NCBI GenBank assembly: GCA_963766715.1
Contig: CAVYBH010000001.1
Span: forward strand, 32,001-96,000
Length of the DNA stretch: 64,000 nucleotides
Direction of reading: 5' to 3'
From: an uncultured delta proteobacterium
GTDB taxonomy: Bacteria; Myxococcota; Myxococcia; Myxococcales; Anaeromyxobacteraceae
Shown here: positions 1 through 8,782 of the stretch, one piece after another
Numbering within the stretch: the first letter of the stretch is position 1
Layout: each line of letters starts with the position of its first letter
The notes under the pieces: generated by a model
What the model was told of the DNA's origin: nothing
Seen by the model: only the letters and a program-made list of their open reading frames with translations
Databases searched by the model: none
Made by a program: the position numbers and the translations under genes

Positions 1-157
1 CAAGTTCGCCCAGGCGTCCAGCGAGGGTTGCCCGGTGTTCGGGTACGACCCCGATTCCAAGGGCGCCATGGACATCGAGTCCATGCAGCTCGAGGTGCTG
101 GGGCGGATCCGCGACGGGCTTGCCGCCCAGGCGAACGCAGCGAGGAGCGCGAGATGA
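1..157 (+). CDS. pomZ: 3' end of ParA/MinD-family ATPase (PomZ-like), partial
   Basis: Frame from base 2 reads KFAQASSEGCPVFGYDPDSKGAMDIE..., a typical ParA C-terminus; its stop overlaps the ATG of the pomX-like gene (ATGA). Confidence 0.7.
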   Translation, partial: KFAQASSEGCPVFGYDPDSKGAMDIESMQLEVLGRIRDGLAAQANAARSAR

Positions 158-1129
158 GAAAGGCCTTCGACGCCAACGTGCCGAAGCTGAAGCCCCGGCT
201 GCGCCCCACCGGCGTGGCCACCCTCGAGCCGGAGATGGAGGCGCCTCCGGTCGCGGAGGAGGCGGTCCCGGTCGCCGCAGAGGAAGCCGTCGCGACCCCG
301 GTCGAGGCCGAGCCCGTGCAGGCGCCGGCGCCGGTTGCCGTGCAGGCCCCGGCTGCCCCGATCTCCCGCATCGCCCGGGCCGCCGCCCGGGCCGCCGCCC
401 CCGCGGTGGCGCCCCCGGCTCCGGCGGCAGCCGCCGTCGCGCCCCCGGCCGCGTCCGGAGACCTCGCCGAGCGCAAGGAACGGCTCGAGAAGATCAAGCG
501 GAAGGTGGCCGAGGCGGCCCGGAGGGGAACGCCGGCCGTCGCGCCGCGCGAGCCTGCCCGCGCCGCGGAGAGCGCGCTCTCGCTGGTCGTCCGACCTCGA
601 CCGGCAGCTGGCCCGCTCCCGCGAGCTCGAGGAGGCGCTGCGCGCCGACCTGGCGACGGCCCGCACCGAGATGGCCCGCGCTGCCAGCGAGGCCGAGGGC
701 ACGCGCGAGCGGCTCGTCGCGCTCGAGAAGGAGCTCGAGGACCGGCGCGGCATGATGAACGAGATGCTCGCCGAGATGTCGGCCCTCGAGGAGGAGCGCG
801 ACCAGTCGGTGCGGCGCGCCCAGGCCCTCGCGGCGCTGGACGAGGAGCGGCAGAAGCTGGCCGACGAGCTGTCGCGACGCGGCGACGAGCTGGAGGCGGC
901 GCTGGCCGGCGCTCGCGCCGAGGCGGGCCGGCTCACGAGCGAGCTCGACGAGCGGACGGCCGACGGGGCGCGGCTGCGCGCCGGGCTCTCCGAGACGGTG
1001 AGGGAGCGCGATTCGCTGGCCCGCGAGCTGGCCGCCGTGCGGGGCGAGCGCGACGAGCTGCTCGAGGCCCGGCGCGCGCTCGAGAAGGTGTTCGAGGCGC
1101 TGTCGGCGGCGCGCTCCCGGCTGGGCTAG
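154..1129 (+). CDS. pomX: PomX-like cell division positioning protein (frameshift ~590)
   Basis: N-terminus MRKAFDANVPKLKPRLR (K13, R15), Ala/Pro-rich disordered region, then a long coiled coil in the second frame; follows a ParA ATPase. Confidence 0.75.
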
Positions 1130-2562
1130 GCCGTGCCGTGAGCATCCGGCGGCTTCGACCCGTCGGTGAGCGCGCCCAGCTTCTTCCGGGCGTCGTAGGC
1201 GGCCACCTTGTAGGTGTCGCCCAGCGTCGGGTAGTTGAAGACGGCCTCGATGAAGTAGCGGTAGGTGCCGCCCAGCGCCATCACCGCCGCGCCCATGTGG
1301 ACGAGCTCGGCGGCGTTGGGGCCGATGACGTGGATGCCCAGGACCTTGAGGCTCTCGGGGGAGACGAGCAGCTTCACCCAGCCCACCGCCTCGCCGATGA
1401 GGTTGGCGCGCGCGTTCTCGACGAAGCTTCCCTTGCCGACCACGTAGGGGATTCCCTTCGCCTGCAGCGACTCCTCGGTCTCGCCCACCGACGACAGCTC
1501 GGGGATGGTGTAGATGCCGGTGGGCAGCACCTCCCCGGAGAGCTGGGTGCGGAAGTCCTTGCCCTCGCAGGCGTAGGTCATGGCCACGCGCCCCTGCTCC
1601 ATGGACGTGGAGGCGAGGCCCGGGAAGCCGACCACGTCGCCGGCCGCGTAGATGTGGGGCACCGAGGTCTGGAAGTGCTCGTTCACCTTGAGGTAACCAC
1701 GCTCGTCGGCCTGAAGGCCGGCCAGCGGGAGGTCGAGCGAGTCGGTGTTGCCGATCCGGCCCGCGGCCACCAGCACCTTCTCGGCGACGAGGCGGGAGCC
1801 GTCGGACATGGTGACGAGCACGTCGTGGTCGCCCGGCTCGACCTTGGTGACCCGGGTCTTGTGCTTGAGCACCACGCCGAACTCGGTCCAGAGCCGCTCC
1901 AGCTCGTGGGACAGCTCGGCGTCGAGGAAGGGCATGACCCGTTCGCGAGAGTCGGCCATGGTGACGTGCACGCCCAGTGCGGCGAAGGCAGAGGTGTACT
2001 CCGAGCCGGCCACGCCGCCGCCCAGGACCGCCAGCGAGCGCGGCACCCGGTCGAGCATGAGGATCGAGTCGGAGTCGTAGACCCGGCTGTGGTCGATGGG
2101 GATGTGGGGCGGGTGGAAGGGGCGGGTGCCCGTGGCGACGAGGATGATGTCGGCCCGGATCTCCTGCGAGGAGCCGTCCGGCACCGAGACGCGCAGCGTG
2201 TGCGGGTCGAGGAAGCTGGCCGTGCCGCGGAAGGTCTCGATGGCGTACTGCGAGAAGCGGCCGCGGATGCGGGTGTGCTCGCGGGCGGTCACGAGTCCCC
2301 GGCGACCCATCAGGGCCGCGACGGTCATGGTCTCGGCCACCTGGAGGATGAACCCGTGGACGTCGCGACGCTTCGACTGCAGCAAGGCGAGGGCGGTTTC
2401 CCGCAGGGCCTTCGAGGGGATGGTGCCCGTGTTGGCGCAGGCGCCGCCCGGGACGGCTTCCTTCTCGATGACCGCGACCTTCTTCCCCAGGAACGCGGCG
2501 CGCGTGGCGCCCCGCTCGCCGGCAGGTCCGCTGCCGACGATGGCGACGTCGTAGTGGAGCAT
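1126..2562 (-). CDS. sthA: Soluble Si-specific NAD(P)+ transhydrogenase
   Basis: GSGPAG, GGACANTGTIPSK (single Cys, no redox disulfide), AGDVVGFPGLASTSMEQGR, FNYPTL. Confidence 0.88.
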   Translation of the reverse strand: MLHYDVAIVGSGPAGERGATRAAFLGKKVAVIEKEAVPGGACANTGTIPSKALRETALALLQSKRRDVHGFILQVAETMTVAALMGRRGLVTAREHTRIRGRFSQYAIETFRGTASFLDPHTLRVSVPDGSSQEIRADIILVATGTRPFHPPHIPIDHSRVYDSDSILMLDRVPRSLAVLGGGVAGSEYTSAFAALGVHVTMADSRERVMPFLDAELSHELERLWTEFGVVLKHKTRVTKVEPGDHDVLVTMSDGSRLVAEKVLVAAGRIGNTDSLDLPLAGLQADERGYLKVNEHFQTSVPHIYAAGDVVGFPGLASTSMEQGRVAMTYACEGKDFRTQLSGEVLPTGIYTIPELSSVGETEESLQAKGIPYVVGKGSFVENARANLIGEAVGWVKLLVSPESLKVLGIHVIGPNAAELVHMGAAVMALGGTYRYFIEAVFNYPTLGDTYKVAAYDARKKLGALTDGSKPPDAHGTA

Positions 2563-2612
2563 GGTGCGCTTATAATGCATGCCCCGCACCCGTCAGAGGA
2601 GTTTTCGAACCG

Positions 2613-3767
2613 TTGAAGAGCCCGCCCCGAAATCCTGCGCTCGACGCCATCCCGAAGAATCTCATGGTCGAGCTCGACGAGAAGAAGGCCGCGCTGCGCC
2701 GGGCCGGGCGGAAGCTGTACGACTTCGGGCTGGGCGATCCCCTCGAGCCGACGCCTCCCTTCCTGCGGGAGGCCCTTCGCGCGGCGGTCCCCGAGGTCTC
2801 GCAGTACCCCAGCCCGCTCGGGACGCCGGCCCTGCGGGGTGCCGCGGCCGCCTACCTGGCGCGCCGGTTCGGCGTAACGGTCGACCCCGACCGGCAGATC
2901 GTCCCGGCCACGGGCGCGAAGGAGTCGATCTTCCACCTGCCGCTGGCCTTCGCCGGCGGGCCGGGGGGGCGGCGCAAGGTGGTCATCCCCGATCCCGGGT
3001 ATCCCACCTACGAGGCCGGCGCCCGGATGGCCGGCCTGGAGCCGGTGAAGGTTCCCCTCCGTCCCGGGAAGGGCTTCCTCCTCGAGCCGGCCGACCTCCC
3101 GGCCTCCCTCCTCGACGAGACGCTCCTCTACTGGGTGAGCTATCCCCACAACCCCACCGGCGCGGTGGCGCCCCGGGCCTACCTGGAACGGGTGGGGCGG
3201 GCCGCGCTGGACCACGGGTTCATCGTGGCCTCCGACGAGTGCTACGCCGACATCTACTTCGAGGCGCCGCCCCTCTCCATGCTCCAGGTCCAGGTGGAGA
3301 ACGTGCTGGCCATCCACTCCTGCTCCAAGCGCAGCGGCATGACCGGCTACCGGAGCGGCTTCGTGGCCGGCGACGCCGACCTCGTCTCCCAGGTGAAGCG
3401 GATGCGCAGCCACCCGGGCGTGGCCTCCCCCGACTTCGTGTCGGCGGCGGCGGTGGCGGCCTGGAGCGACGACGCCCACGTGGCCGTGCGGCGCGAGACG
3501 TTCCGGAGGAAGCGCGACCGGCTGGTCCGGTTCCTCGCGGAGCACGGGCTCTCCGTCCAGGGCTCCGAGGCCACCCTGTATCTCTGGGTGAAGGTCCCGG
3601 AGGGATTCACCTCGGCGACCTACGCGTCGCGGCTCCTCGACGAGGCCATCGTGGTCTCGCCGGGGACGGCCTTCGGCGCGGCCGGGGAGGGCTTCGTGCG
3701 GGTGAGCCTGGTTCCGGACCTGCAGGACATCGAGGAGGCGATCGAGCGATGGCGAACGGTGCGGTGA
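2613..3767 (+). CDS. dapC: PLP-dependent succinyldiaminopimelate aminotransferase
   Basis: Class I/II motifs YPHNPTG, SDECY, SCSKRSGMTGYRSG; first gene of an operon with dapD and dapE. Confidence 0.85.
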   Translation: MKSPPRNPALDAIPKNLMVELDEKKAALRRAGRKLYDFGLGDPLEPTPPFLREALRAAVPEVSQYPSPLGTPALRGAAAAYLARRFGVTVDPDRQIVPATGAKESIFHLPLAFAGGPGGRRKVVIPDPGYPTYEAGARMAGLEPVKVPLRPGKGFLLEPADLPASLLDETLLYWVSYPHNPTGAVAPRAYLERVGRAALDHGFIVASDECYADIYFEAPPLSMLQVQVENVLAIHSCSKRSGMTGYRSGFVAGDADLVSQVKRMRSHPGVASPDFVSAAAVAAWSDDAHVAVRRETFRRKRDRLVRFLAEHGLSVQGSEATLYLWVKVPEGFTSATYASRLLDEAIVVSPGTAFGAAGEGFVRVSLVPDLQDIEEAIERWRTVR

Positions 3768-4588
3768 TGGCGGTGGAGGAGATCCGGAAGCGCGTCGAGG
3801 CGGCCTGGGCCGACCGGGCGAGGCTGTCCGATCCGGGGTTCCGGGACGCGGTGCTGGCCGCGGTGGCCGGGCTCGACCGGGGCGAGCTGCGGGTGGCGGA
3901 GAAGGTGGACGGGGAGTGGAAGGTGAACGCCTGGCTGATGCAGGCGGTGAACCTCTACTTCGCGGTCACCCCGATGGAGACCCACGACTACGGTCCGTTC
4001 CAGGTCCGCGACAAGATCCCGCTCAAGAAGGAGCTCGAGAAGGCGGGGATCCGCATCGTCCCGGGCGGCATCGTCCGCTACGGCGCGTACGTGGCGCCCG
4101 GCGCGGTGGTGCTTCCCGGCTTCGTGAACATCGGCGCGCGCGTGGGCAAGGGCACGATGGTCGACACCTGGGCCACGGTGGGCTCCTGCGCCCAGGTGGG
4201 CGAGAACGTGCACCTGGCCGGGGGCGTCGGGATCGGCGGCGTGCTCGAGCCGCCTGGAGCGCGCCCGAACATCATCGAGGACGACTGCTTCATCGGCAGC
4301 CGCTGCATCCTGGTCGAGGGCACGCTCGTCGAGGAGGGGTCGGTCCTGGGCGCGAACGTCGTCATCACCGGCTCCACGCCCATCATCGACGTGACCGGGC
4401 CGAAGGAGGTCGTGCTGAAGAAGCGGGTCCCGGCCCGATCGGTGGTGATCCCGGGCACGCGTCCCAAGCAGTACCCGGCCGGCACCTTCCAGATTCCCTG
4501 CGCCCTCATCGTGGGCCGCCGCAGCGAGGCCACCGACAAGAAGGTGTCGCTCAACGACGCCCTGCGGGAGTTCGAGGTCTCGGTGTGA
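3767..4588 (+). CDS. dapD: Tetrahydrodipicolinate N-succinyltransferase
   Basis: DKIPLK, VDTWATVGSCAQVG, GVGIGGVLEP, hexapeptide repeats. Confidence 0.95.
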   Translation: MAVEEIRKRVEAAWADRARLSDPGFRDAVLAAVAGLDRGELRVAEKVDGEWKVNAWLMQAVNLYFAVTPMETHDYGPFQVRDKIPLKKELEKAGIRIVPGGIVRYGAYVAPGAVVLPGFVNIGARVGKGTMVDTWATVGSCAQVGENVHLAGGVGIGGVLEPPGARPNIIEDDCFIGSRCILVEGTLVEEGSVLGANVVITGSTPIIDVTGPKEVVLKKRVPARSVVIPGTRPKQYPAGTFQIPCALIVGRRSEATDKKVSLNDALREFEVSV

Positions 4589-5673
4589 ACGCGCCGCTCG
4601 CCGAGGCGCTGGCGGCGCGCACGGAGGCGCTCTGCGCGGTCCGCTCGCCCATCGGCGAGGAGCGGGCGCTCTGCGACGAGCTCGAGGCCTGGGCGCGTGC
4701 GCGCTTCCCGGCGGTCCGGCGGGTGGAGAACTCGCTCGTGGTGATGGTCGATCCCCCGGGTCCGGCGGGCTCGACGCGGCCGCTGGTGGCGCTGTGCGGC
4801 CACCTCGACACCGTCCCGGTCCACCCCGGCGACGGGGGGCCGCCGCGGCGGGAGGCGGGGCGCATCGTCGCGCCGGGCTCGTCCGACATGAAGTCGGGCG
4901 TGGCCGTGGCCCTCGAGCTCGCCGAGCGGATCCCGCGCGAGGCCCGCTTCGCCGACCTGGCGCTCGTCCTCTACTCGCGCGAGGAGGGGCCGTTCCTCGA
5001 GAACGAGCTCGGGCCCGTCCTGGCGCAGGCGCCGGAGATCGCGCGGGCCGACCTCGCCATCTGCCTCGAGCCCACCGACGGGAAGCTGGCGCTGGGCTGC
5101 GTCGGCTCCCTCCACGCCACCGTGACCTTCGCCGGGCGCTCCGCACACTCGGCGCGTCCGTGGCAGGGGGAGAACGCCGTCCACCGCGCCGGAGCGCTGC
5201 TCGTGGAGCTCGCCGCGCGGGTCCCGCGGGAGGCGACCTCGGGAGGCCTGCCGTTCCGGGAGGTGCTCTCCGTCACGCGGATCGAGGGCGGGCGGGCGCG
5301 CAACGTCGTCCCGGATCGCTGCACCCTGAACCTGAACTTCCGCTTCGCTCCCGATCGCAGCGTGGAGGAGGCGGCGCGCGAGGTCGAGGAGCTGGCGCGG
5401 CGGCACGGGGCGGAGGTCGAGATCACCGACCGGTCCCCGGCCTGCCCCGCCTTCGTCGACCACCCGCTGGTGGCCCGGCTGCGCGATCGCGCCGGGCTCG
5501 AGGTGGAGCCCAAGCAGGCCTGGACCGACGTGGCCCGCCTGGCCGCGGCGGGGATCCCGGCGGTGAACTTCGGCCCGGGCGCCACCGCGCAGGCGCACCA
5601 GCGCGGCGAATGGGTCGAGGTCCAGGCCATCGAGCGGTCCTACCGGGCGCTGGAGCGGTTCCTCTCCCCCTGA
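4585..5673 (+). CDS. dapE: Succinyl-diaminopimelate desuccinylase (M20)
   Basis: GHLDTVP, SDMKSG, REEG, AHSARPW, WTDVAR, AH; GTG start overlaps the dapD stop. Confidence 0.9.
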   Translation: MNAPLAEALAARTEALCAVRSPIGEERALCDELEAWARARFPAVRRVENSLVVMVDPPGPAGSTRPLVALCGHLDTVPVHPGDGGPPRREAGRIVAPGSSDMKSGVAVALELAERIPREARFADLALVLYSREEGPFLENELGPVLAQAPEIARADLAICLEPTDGKLALGCVGSLHATVTFAGRSAHSARPWQGENAVHRAGALLVELAARVPREATSGGLPFREVLSVTRIEGGRARNVVPDRCTLNLNFRFAPDRSVEEAAREVEELARRHGAEVEITDRSPACPAFVDHPLVARLRDRAGLEVEPKQAWTDVARLAAAGIPAVNFGPGATAQAHQRGEWVEVQAIERSYRALERFLSP

Positions 5674-5695
5674 CGTGGCCTCCCGGCGGTTCGGC

Positions 5696-5740
5696 TTGAC
5701 GCCGCGCCGCGCCGCATTACATCGACGCATATCGATATGT
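5696..5740 (+). promoter_or_regulatory. Sigma70-like promoter with ArsR-type operator
   Basis: TTGACG at 5696 and TACATC at 5718; inverted repeat ATCGA-N6-TCGAT (5721-5736) directly before the ArsR start. Confidence 0.6.
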
Positions 5741-6084
5741 CGATGGATCGGGCGAACGACCGGCTGGTCAAGGTGGCGAAGGCGCTGGGGGACCCCACGC
5801 GCCTGGACCTGCTGCGGCGCATCGCCGCGGCGGGCGAGATCCGCTGCAAGGACCTGGTGGCGCTCTTCCCGGTGGCGCAGGCGACGGTCTCCCACCACCT
5901 CAAGATCCTCACCGATGCCGGCCTGATCGTGGCCCGGCGCGAGGGGCAGTTCGGCTACTACAGCCTTCGCGCGGGCGCGCTCGACGAGCACGTCGGCGCT
6001 GCTCGGCAAGACCTTCCGGGCCCGGCGCGGGCAGGGGGCGCAGTGAGCCCCGGAATGCGGAGCATGGAGCTCCGCGCAACGTGA
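5737..6084 (+). CDS. ArsR/SmtB family transcriptional regulator
   Basis: KALGDPTRL...QATVSHHLKIL..AGLI..RREG..YYSL; true stop may be 6046 if there is a C-terminal indel. Confidence 0.88.
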   Translation: MSMDRANDRLVKVAKALGDPTRLDLLRRIAAAGEIRCKDLVALFPVAQATVSHHLKILTDAGLIVARREGQFGYYSLRAGALDEHVGAARQDLPGPARAGGAVSPGMRSMELRAT

Positions 6085-6116
6085 ACGCAGTCCAACACAG
6101 ACAGGAGAAGTCAGAA

Positions 6117-6716
6117 ATGAACCGCACGACCCGCATCGCCGCGCTGGCCCTCGCCATCGCACCCGCCCTGGCCTTCGGCCAGGCCACCACCTGGAACGTC
6201 GACCCCGCCCACACCCGCGTCGGCTTCAGCGTGAAGCACCTCGTCATCTCCGACGTGAAGGGCGAGTTCTCGAAGGTCTCGGGCAAGGCCCAGCTCGACG
6301 AGTCGGACCTCTCGAAGTCGAGCGTCGAGATGACCATCGAGGTCGCCTCGGTCGACACCCGCGACGAGAAGCGCGACGCCCACCTCAAGTCGGCCGACTT
6401 CTTCGACGCCGCCAAGTTCCCCACCATCACCTTCAAGTCGACGAAGGTCGTGGCCGGCAAGGACGGCGCCGTCACCGTGACGGGCGACCTGACCATGCGC
6501 GGCGTGACCAAGCCGGTCACCCTCGAGGGCACGATCTCGAAGTCCATCGTCGACCCGTGGGGCCTCACCCGCCGCGGCGTCTCGTTCACCGGCAAGCTCG
6601 ACCGCAAGGAGTGGGGCGTGTCGTGGAGCAAGGTCACCGACGTCGGCGCGGTGGTGGGCGACGAGGTGAAGCTCGACATCCAGGCCGAGATCACCAAGGA
6701 CCAGCCGAAGAAGTAG
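6117..6716 (+). CDS. YceI family periplasmic lipid/polyisoprenoid-binding protein
   Basis: Signal peptide; VDPAHTRVGFSVKH, RDAHLKSADFFD, GDLTMRGVTKPV; RBS AGGAG. Confidence 0.92.
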   Translation: MNRTTRIAALALAIAPALAFGQATTWNVDPAHTRVGFSVKHLVISDVKGEFSKVSGKAQLDESDLSKSSVEMTIEVASVDTRDEKRDAHLKSADFFDAAKFPTITFKSTKVVAGKDGAVTVTGDLTMRGVTKPVTLEGTISKSIVDPWGLTRRGVSFTGKLDRKEWGVSWSKVTDVGAVVGDEVKLDIQAEITKDQPKK

Positions 6717-6733
6717 CGACGGCGGCCGCACCG

Positions 6734-6764
6734 TCCGCGCCGCGCCCTCCGGGGGCGGCACGGA
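6734..6764 (+). terminator. GC-rich hairpin after yceI (possible terminator)
   Basis: TCCGCGCCGCGCCC-TCCG-GGGGCGGCACGGA imperfect stem; no U-tract. Confidence 0.35.
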
Positions 6765-6787
6765 GGGCGGCGGGAAGAACGCGGCGG

Positions 6788-6804
6788 CGGGCACGGGGAA
6801 TGCT
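6788..6804 (+). promoter_or_regulatory. Putative sigma54 -24/-12 promoter of radC
   Basis: CGGGCACGGGGAATGCT: GG-N10-GC with GGCACG core, 16 nt upstream of the ATG. Confidence 0.5.
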
Positions 6805-6819
6805 CCGTTCCGCCGCCGC

Positions 6820-7490
6820 ATGCGTTTCGAGCACACGAAGGTCGATGGGCCGCGCGAGCGGCTGCTGGCGTCGGGGCCGGCTGCGCTCTCCGACGCCGAG
6901 CTGGTCGCGCTCATCCTGGGAACGGGGTCGGCGCGCCTCTCGGCCCGGGCGGCGGCGCTGGCGCTCGTCGAGCGCGCGTCCCTCCCCGAGCTCGCCTGGG
7001 CCTCGCCGGAGGAGCTCTCGGGCCGGCCGGGGCTGGGCCGGCGCGCGCGGCGGCGCTCGCCGCCGCGTTCGAGCTGGGGAGGCGCGGAGCCTGGTCGCCG
7101 CCCCGGCGAGGCGAGCGGATCCTGGAGCCGTCGCGGGTGGCCGAGCTCATGCGCCCGTCGGCGCACGCCGACCGCGAGTGCTTCCACGTGGTGCTGCTCG
7201 ACGTCCGCGGCCGGCTCCTCCGGGCCGAGCGGGTCGCCGAGGGCTCGCTCACCCAGTGCCCCGTCTCCCCGCGCGACGCGCTCCGCCCCGCGGTGCGGGA
7301 AGGGGCCCACGGGGTGATCTTCGTCCACAACCACCCGTCCGGCGACCCGTCGCCGAGCGCCGAGGACGCCGATCTCACCGAGCGGCTCCGCGCCGCCTCC
7401 GAGCTGGTGGGCGTGCTCGCCCGGGACCACGTGATCGTGGCCTCGGGCGGCTACTTCAGCTTCGTGGAGGCGGGGCGGTGGAGGAGGTGA
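6820..7490 (+). CDS. radC: RadC family JAB-domain protein (frameshift ~7045)
   Basis: PRERLL..GPAALSDAELVALILGTG in one frame; HNHPSGDPSPS.ED and DHVIV in the next. Confidence 0.88.
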
Positions 7491-7494
7491 GGCG

Positions 7495-7538
7495 TTGCCG
7501 GGCGGATGCCCGAGTATTACTCTTACCAGTAAGAGTAA
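7495..7538 (+). promoter_or_regulatory. Toxin-antitoxin promoter with palindromic operator
   Basis: TTGCCG-17bp-TACTCT; perfect inverted repeat TTACTCTTAC-CA-GTAAGAGTAA (7517-7538) over the -10. Confidence 0.75.
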
Positions 7539-7549
7539 AGGAGCCCGGC

Positions 7550-7786
7550 ATGCGCATCACCAGCAAGGGACAGGTGACCATTCCCCAGGAGATCCGCGAG
7601 AAGGCGGGACTGCTCCCCGGCACCGAGGTCGAGTTCACCTGCGAGGGGAAGGTCGTCCGCATCCGGCGCGCCCGGACGCCGGCGCGACCGGGGAGGGGAG
7701 CGGCGCTGGTGGCGCGACTCCGCGGGACCGCCACGGTCCGCATGAGCACCGACGAGATCATGGCGCTCACGCGTGGTGAAGAGTGA
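7550..7786 (+). CDS. vapB: AbrB/MazE/SpoVT-type antitoxin (VapB)
   Basis: MRITSKGQVTIPQEIRE...LPGTEVEF; RBS AAGGAG; overlaps the toxin start. Confidence 0.85.
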   Translation: MRITSKGQVTIPQEIREKAGLLPGTEVEFTCEGKVVRIRRARTPARPGRGAALVARLRGTATVRMSTDEIMALTRGEE

Positions 7787-8193
7787 CGGTCCTCGTCGAC
7801 AGCAACGTCCTCATCGACGTCGCGGGAGACGACCCGGTCTGGGGAGACTGGTCGCGCAGCGCGCTGGCGCGATGCGGGGACGCCGAGGTCCTGGTGGTGA
7901 ACCCGATCGTCTACGCCGAGGTCTCGGTGGCGTACGCCCGGGTCGAGGACGTCGAGAGGGTCCTCCCGCCGAGCGACTTCCGGCGGGAGCCGCTTCCCTG
8001 GGAGGCGGCCTTCCTGGCCGGGAAGACCTACCTGGAATACCGGAGCCGGGGAGGGCGGAGTCGCTCGCCTCTCCCCGACTTCTACATCGGCGCCCACGCG
8101 GCGGTGGCCGGCTACCGGCTGCTCACCCGGGACGCGGTTCGCTACCGGAGCTACTTCCCGCGGCTCGACGTCATCGCGCCGTCGGGAACGTGA
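7783..8193 (+). CDS. vapC: PIN-domain toxin (VapC)
   Basis: VLVDSNVLID, IVYAE, PDFYIGAHA, LLTRD acidic PIN residues. Confidence 0.9.
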   Translation: MTVLVDSNVLIDVAGDDPVWGDWSRSALARCGDAEVLVVNPIVYAEVSVAYARVEDVERVLPPSDFRREPLPWEAAFLAGKTYLEYRSRGGRSRSPLPDFYIGAHAAVAGYRLLTRDAVRYRSYFPRLDVIAPSGT

Positions 8194-8212
8194 ACGGGTC
8201 GCCGGCTTCGCC

Positions 8213-8692
8213 CTAGAACGGGATGTCGTCGGCGCTGCCGCCGCTGCCGCCACTCTCGTCGAACGGCGGTCCACCCGAGTCGTCGGGCCCGCTGGAGCCG
8301 CGCTGCCCGCCGCCTGCTCCACCGGCGCCACCCGCACCGCGAGCGCCACCTGCGCCGGCCGCGCCACCGCCCAGGAACCGGACCGAGTCGGCCACGACCT
8401 TCACGCGGGAGCGCTCCTGGCCCGACGTCTTGTCCTGCCACTTGTCGGTCTTGAGCCGCCCCTCGACGTAGACCTGCCGACCCTTGGCCAGGTACTCGCC
8501 GACCTGCTCGGCCTGCTTCCCCCAGACCTCGACGTCATGCCACTCGGTCTCTTCCTTCTTCTGGCCCGAGGCCTTGTCGGTCCAGCTGCGGGAGGTGGCG
8601 ATGCGCAGGTTGGCGACCGCCTGGCCGCCGGAGGTGTAGCGGACCTCGGGATCCTTCCCGAGGTTGCCGATCAGGATGACCTTGTTGACCAT
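8213..8692 (-). CDS. ssb: Single-stranded DNA-binding protein
   Basis: [20 protein letters not shown], Gly-rich tail, DDIPF terminus. Confidence 0.97.
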   Translation of the reverse strand: MVNKVILIGNLGKDPEVRYTSGGQAVANLRIATSRSWTDKASGQKKEETEWHDVEVWGKQAEQVGEYLAKGRQVYVEGRLKTDKWQDKTSGQERSRVKVVADSVRFLGGGAAGAGGARGAGGAGGAGGGQRGSSGPDDSGGPPFDESGGSGGSADDIPF

Positions 8693-8782
8693 GGCGAAAC
8701 CCTTCCATTTCGTCGCCTGGCTGCGAGCGGAAAGTTCGAGCGGGACGATGCGAAACGCACCCTAGCAAGGCGATCTGACAGG

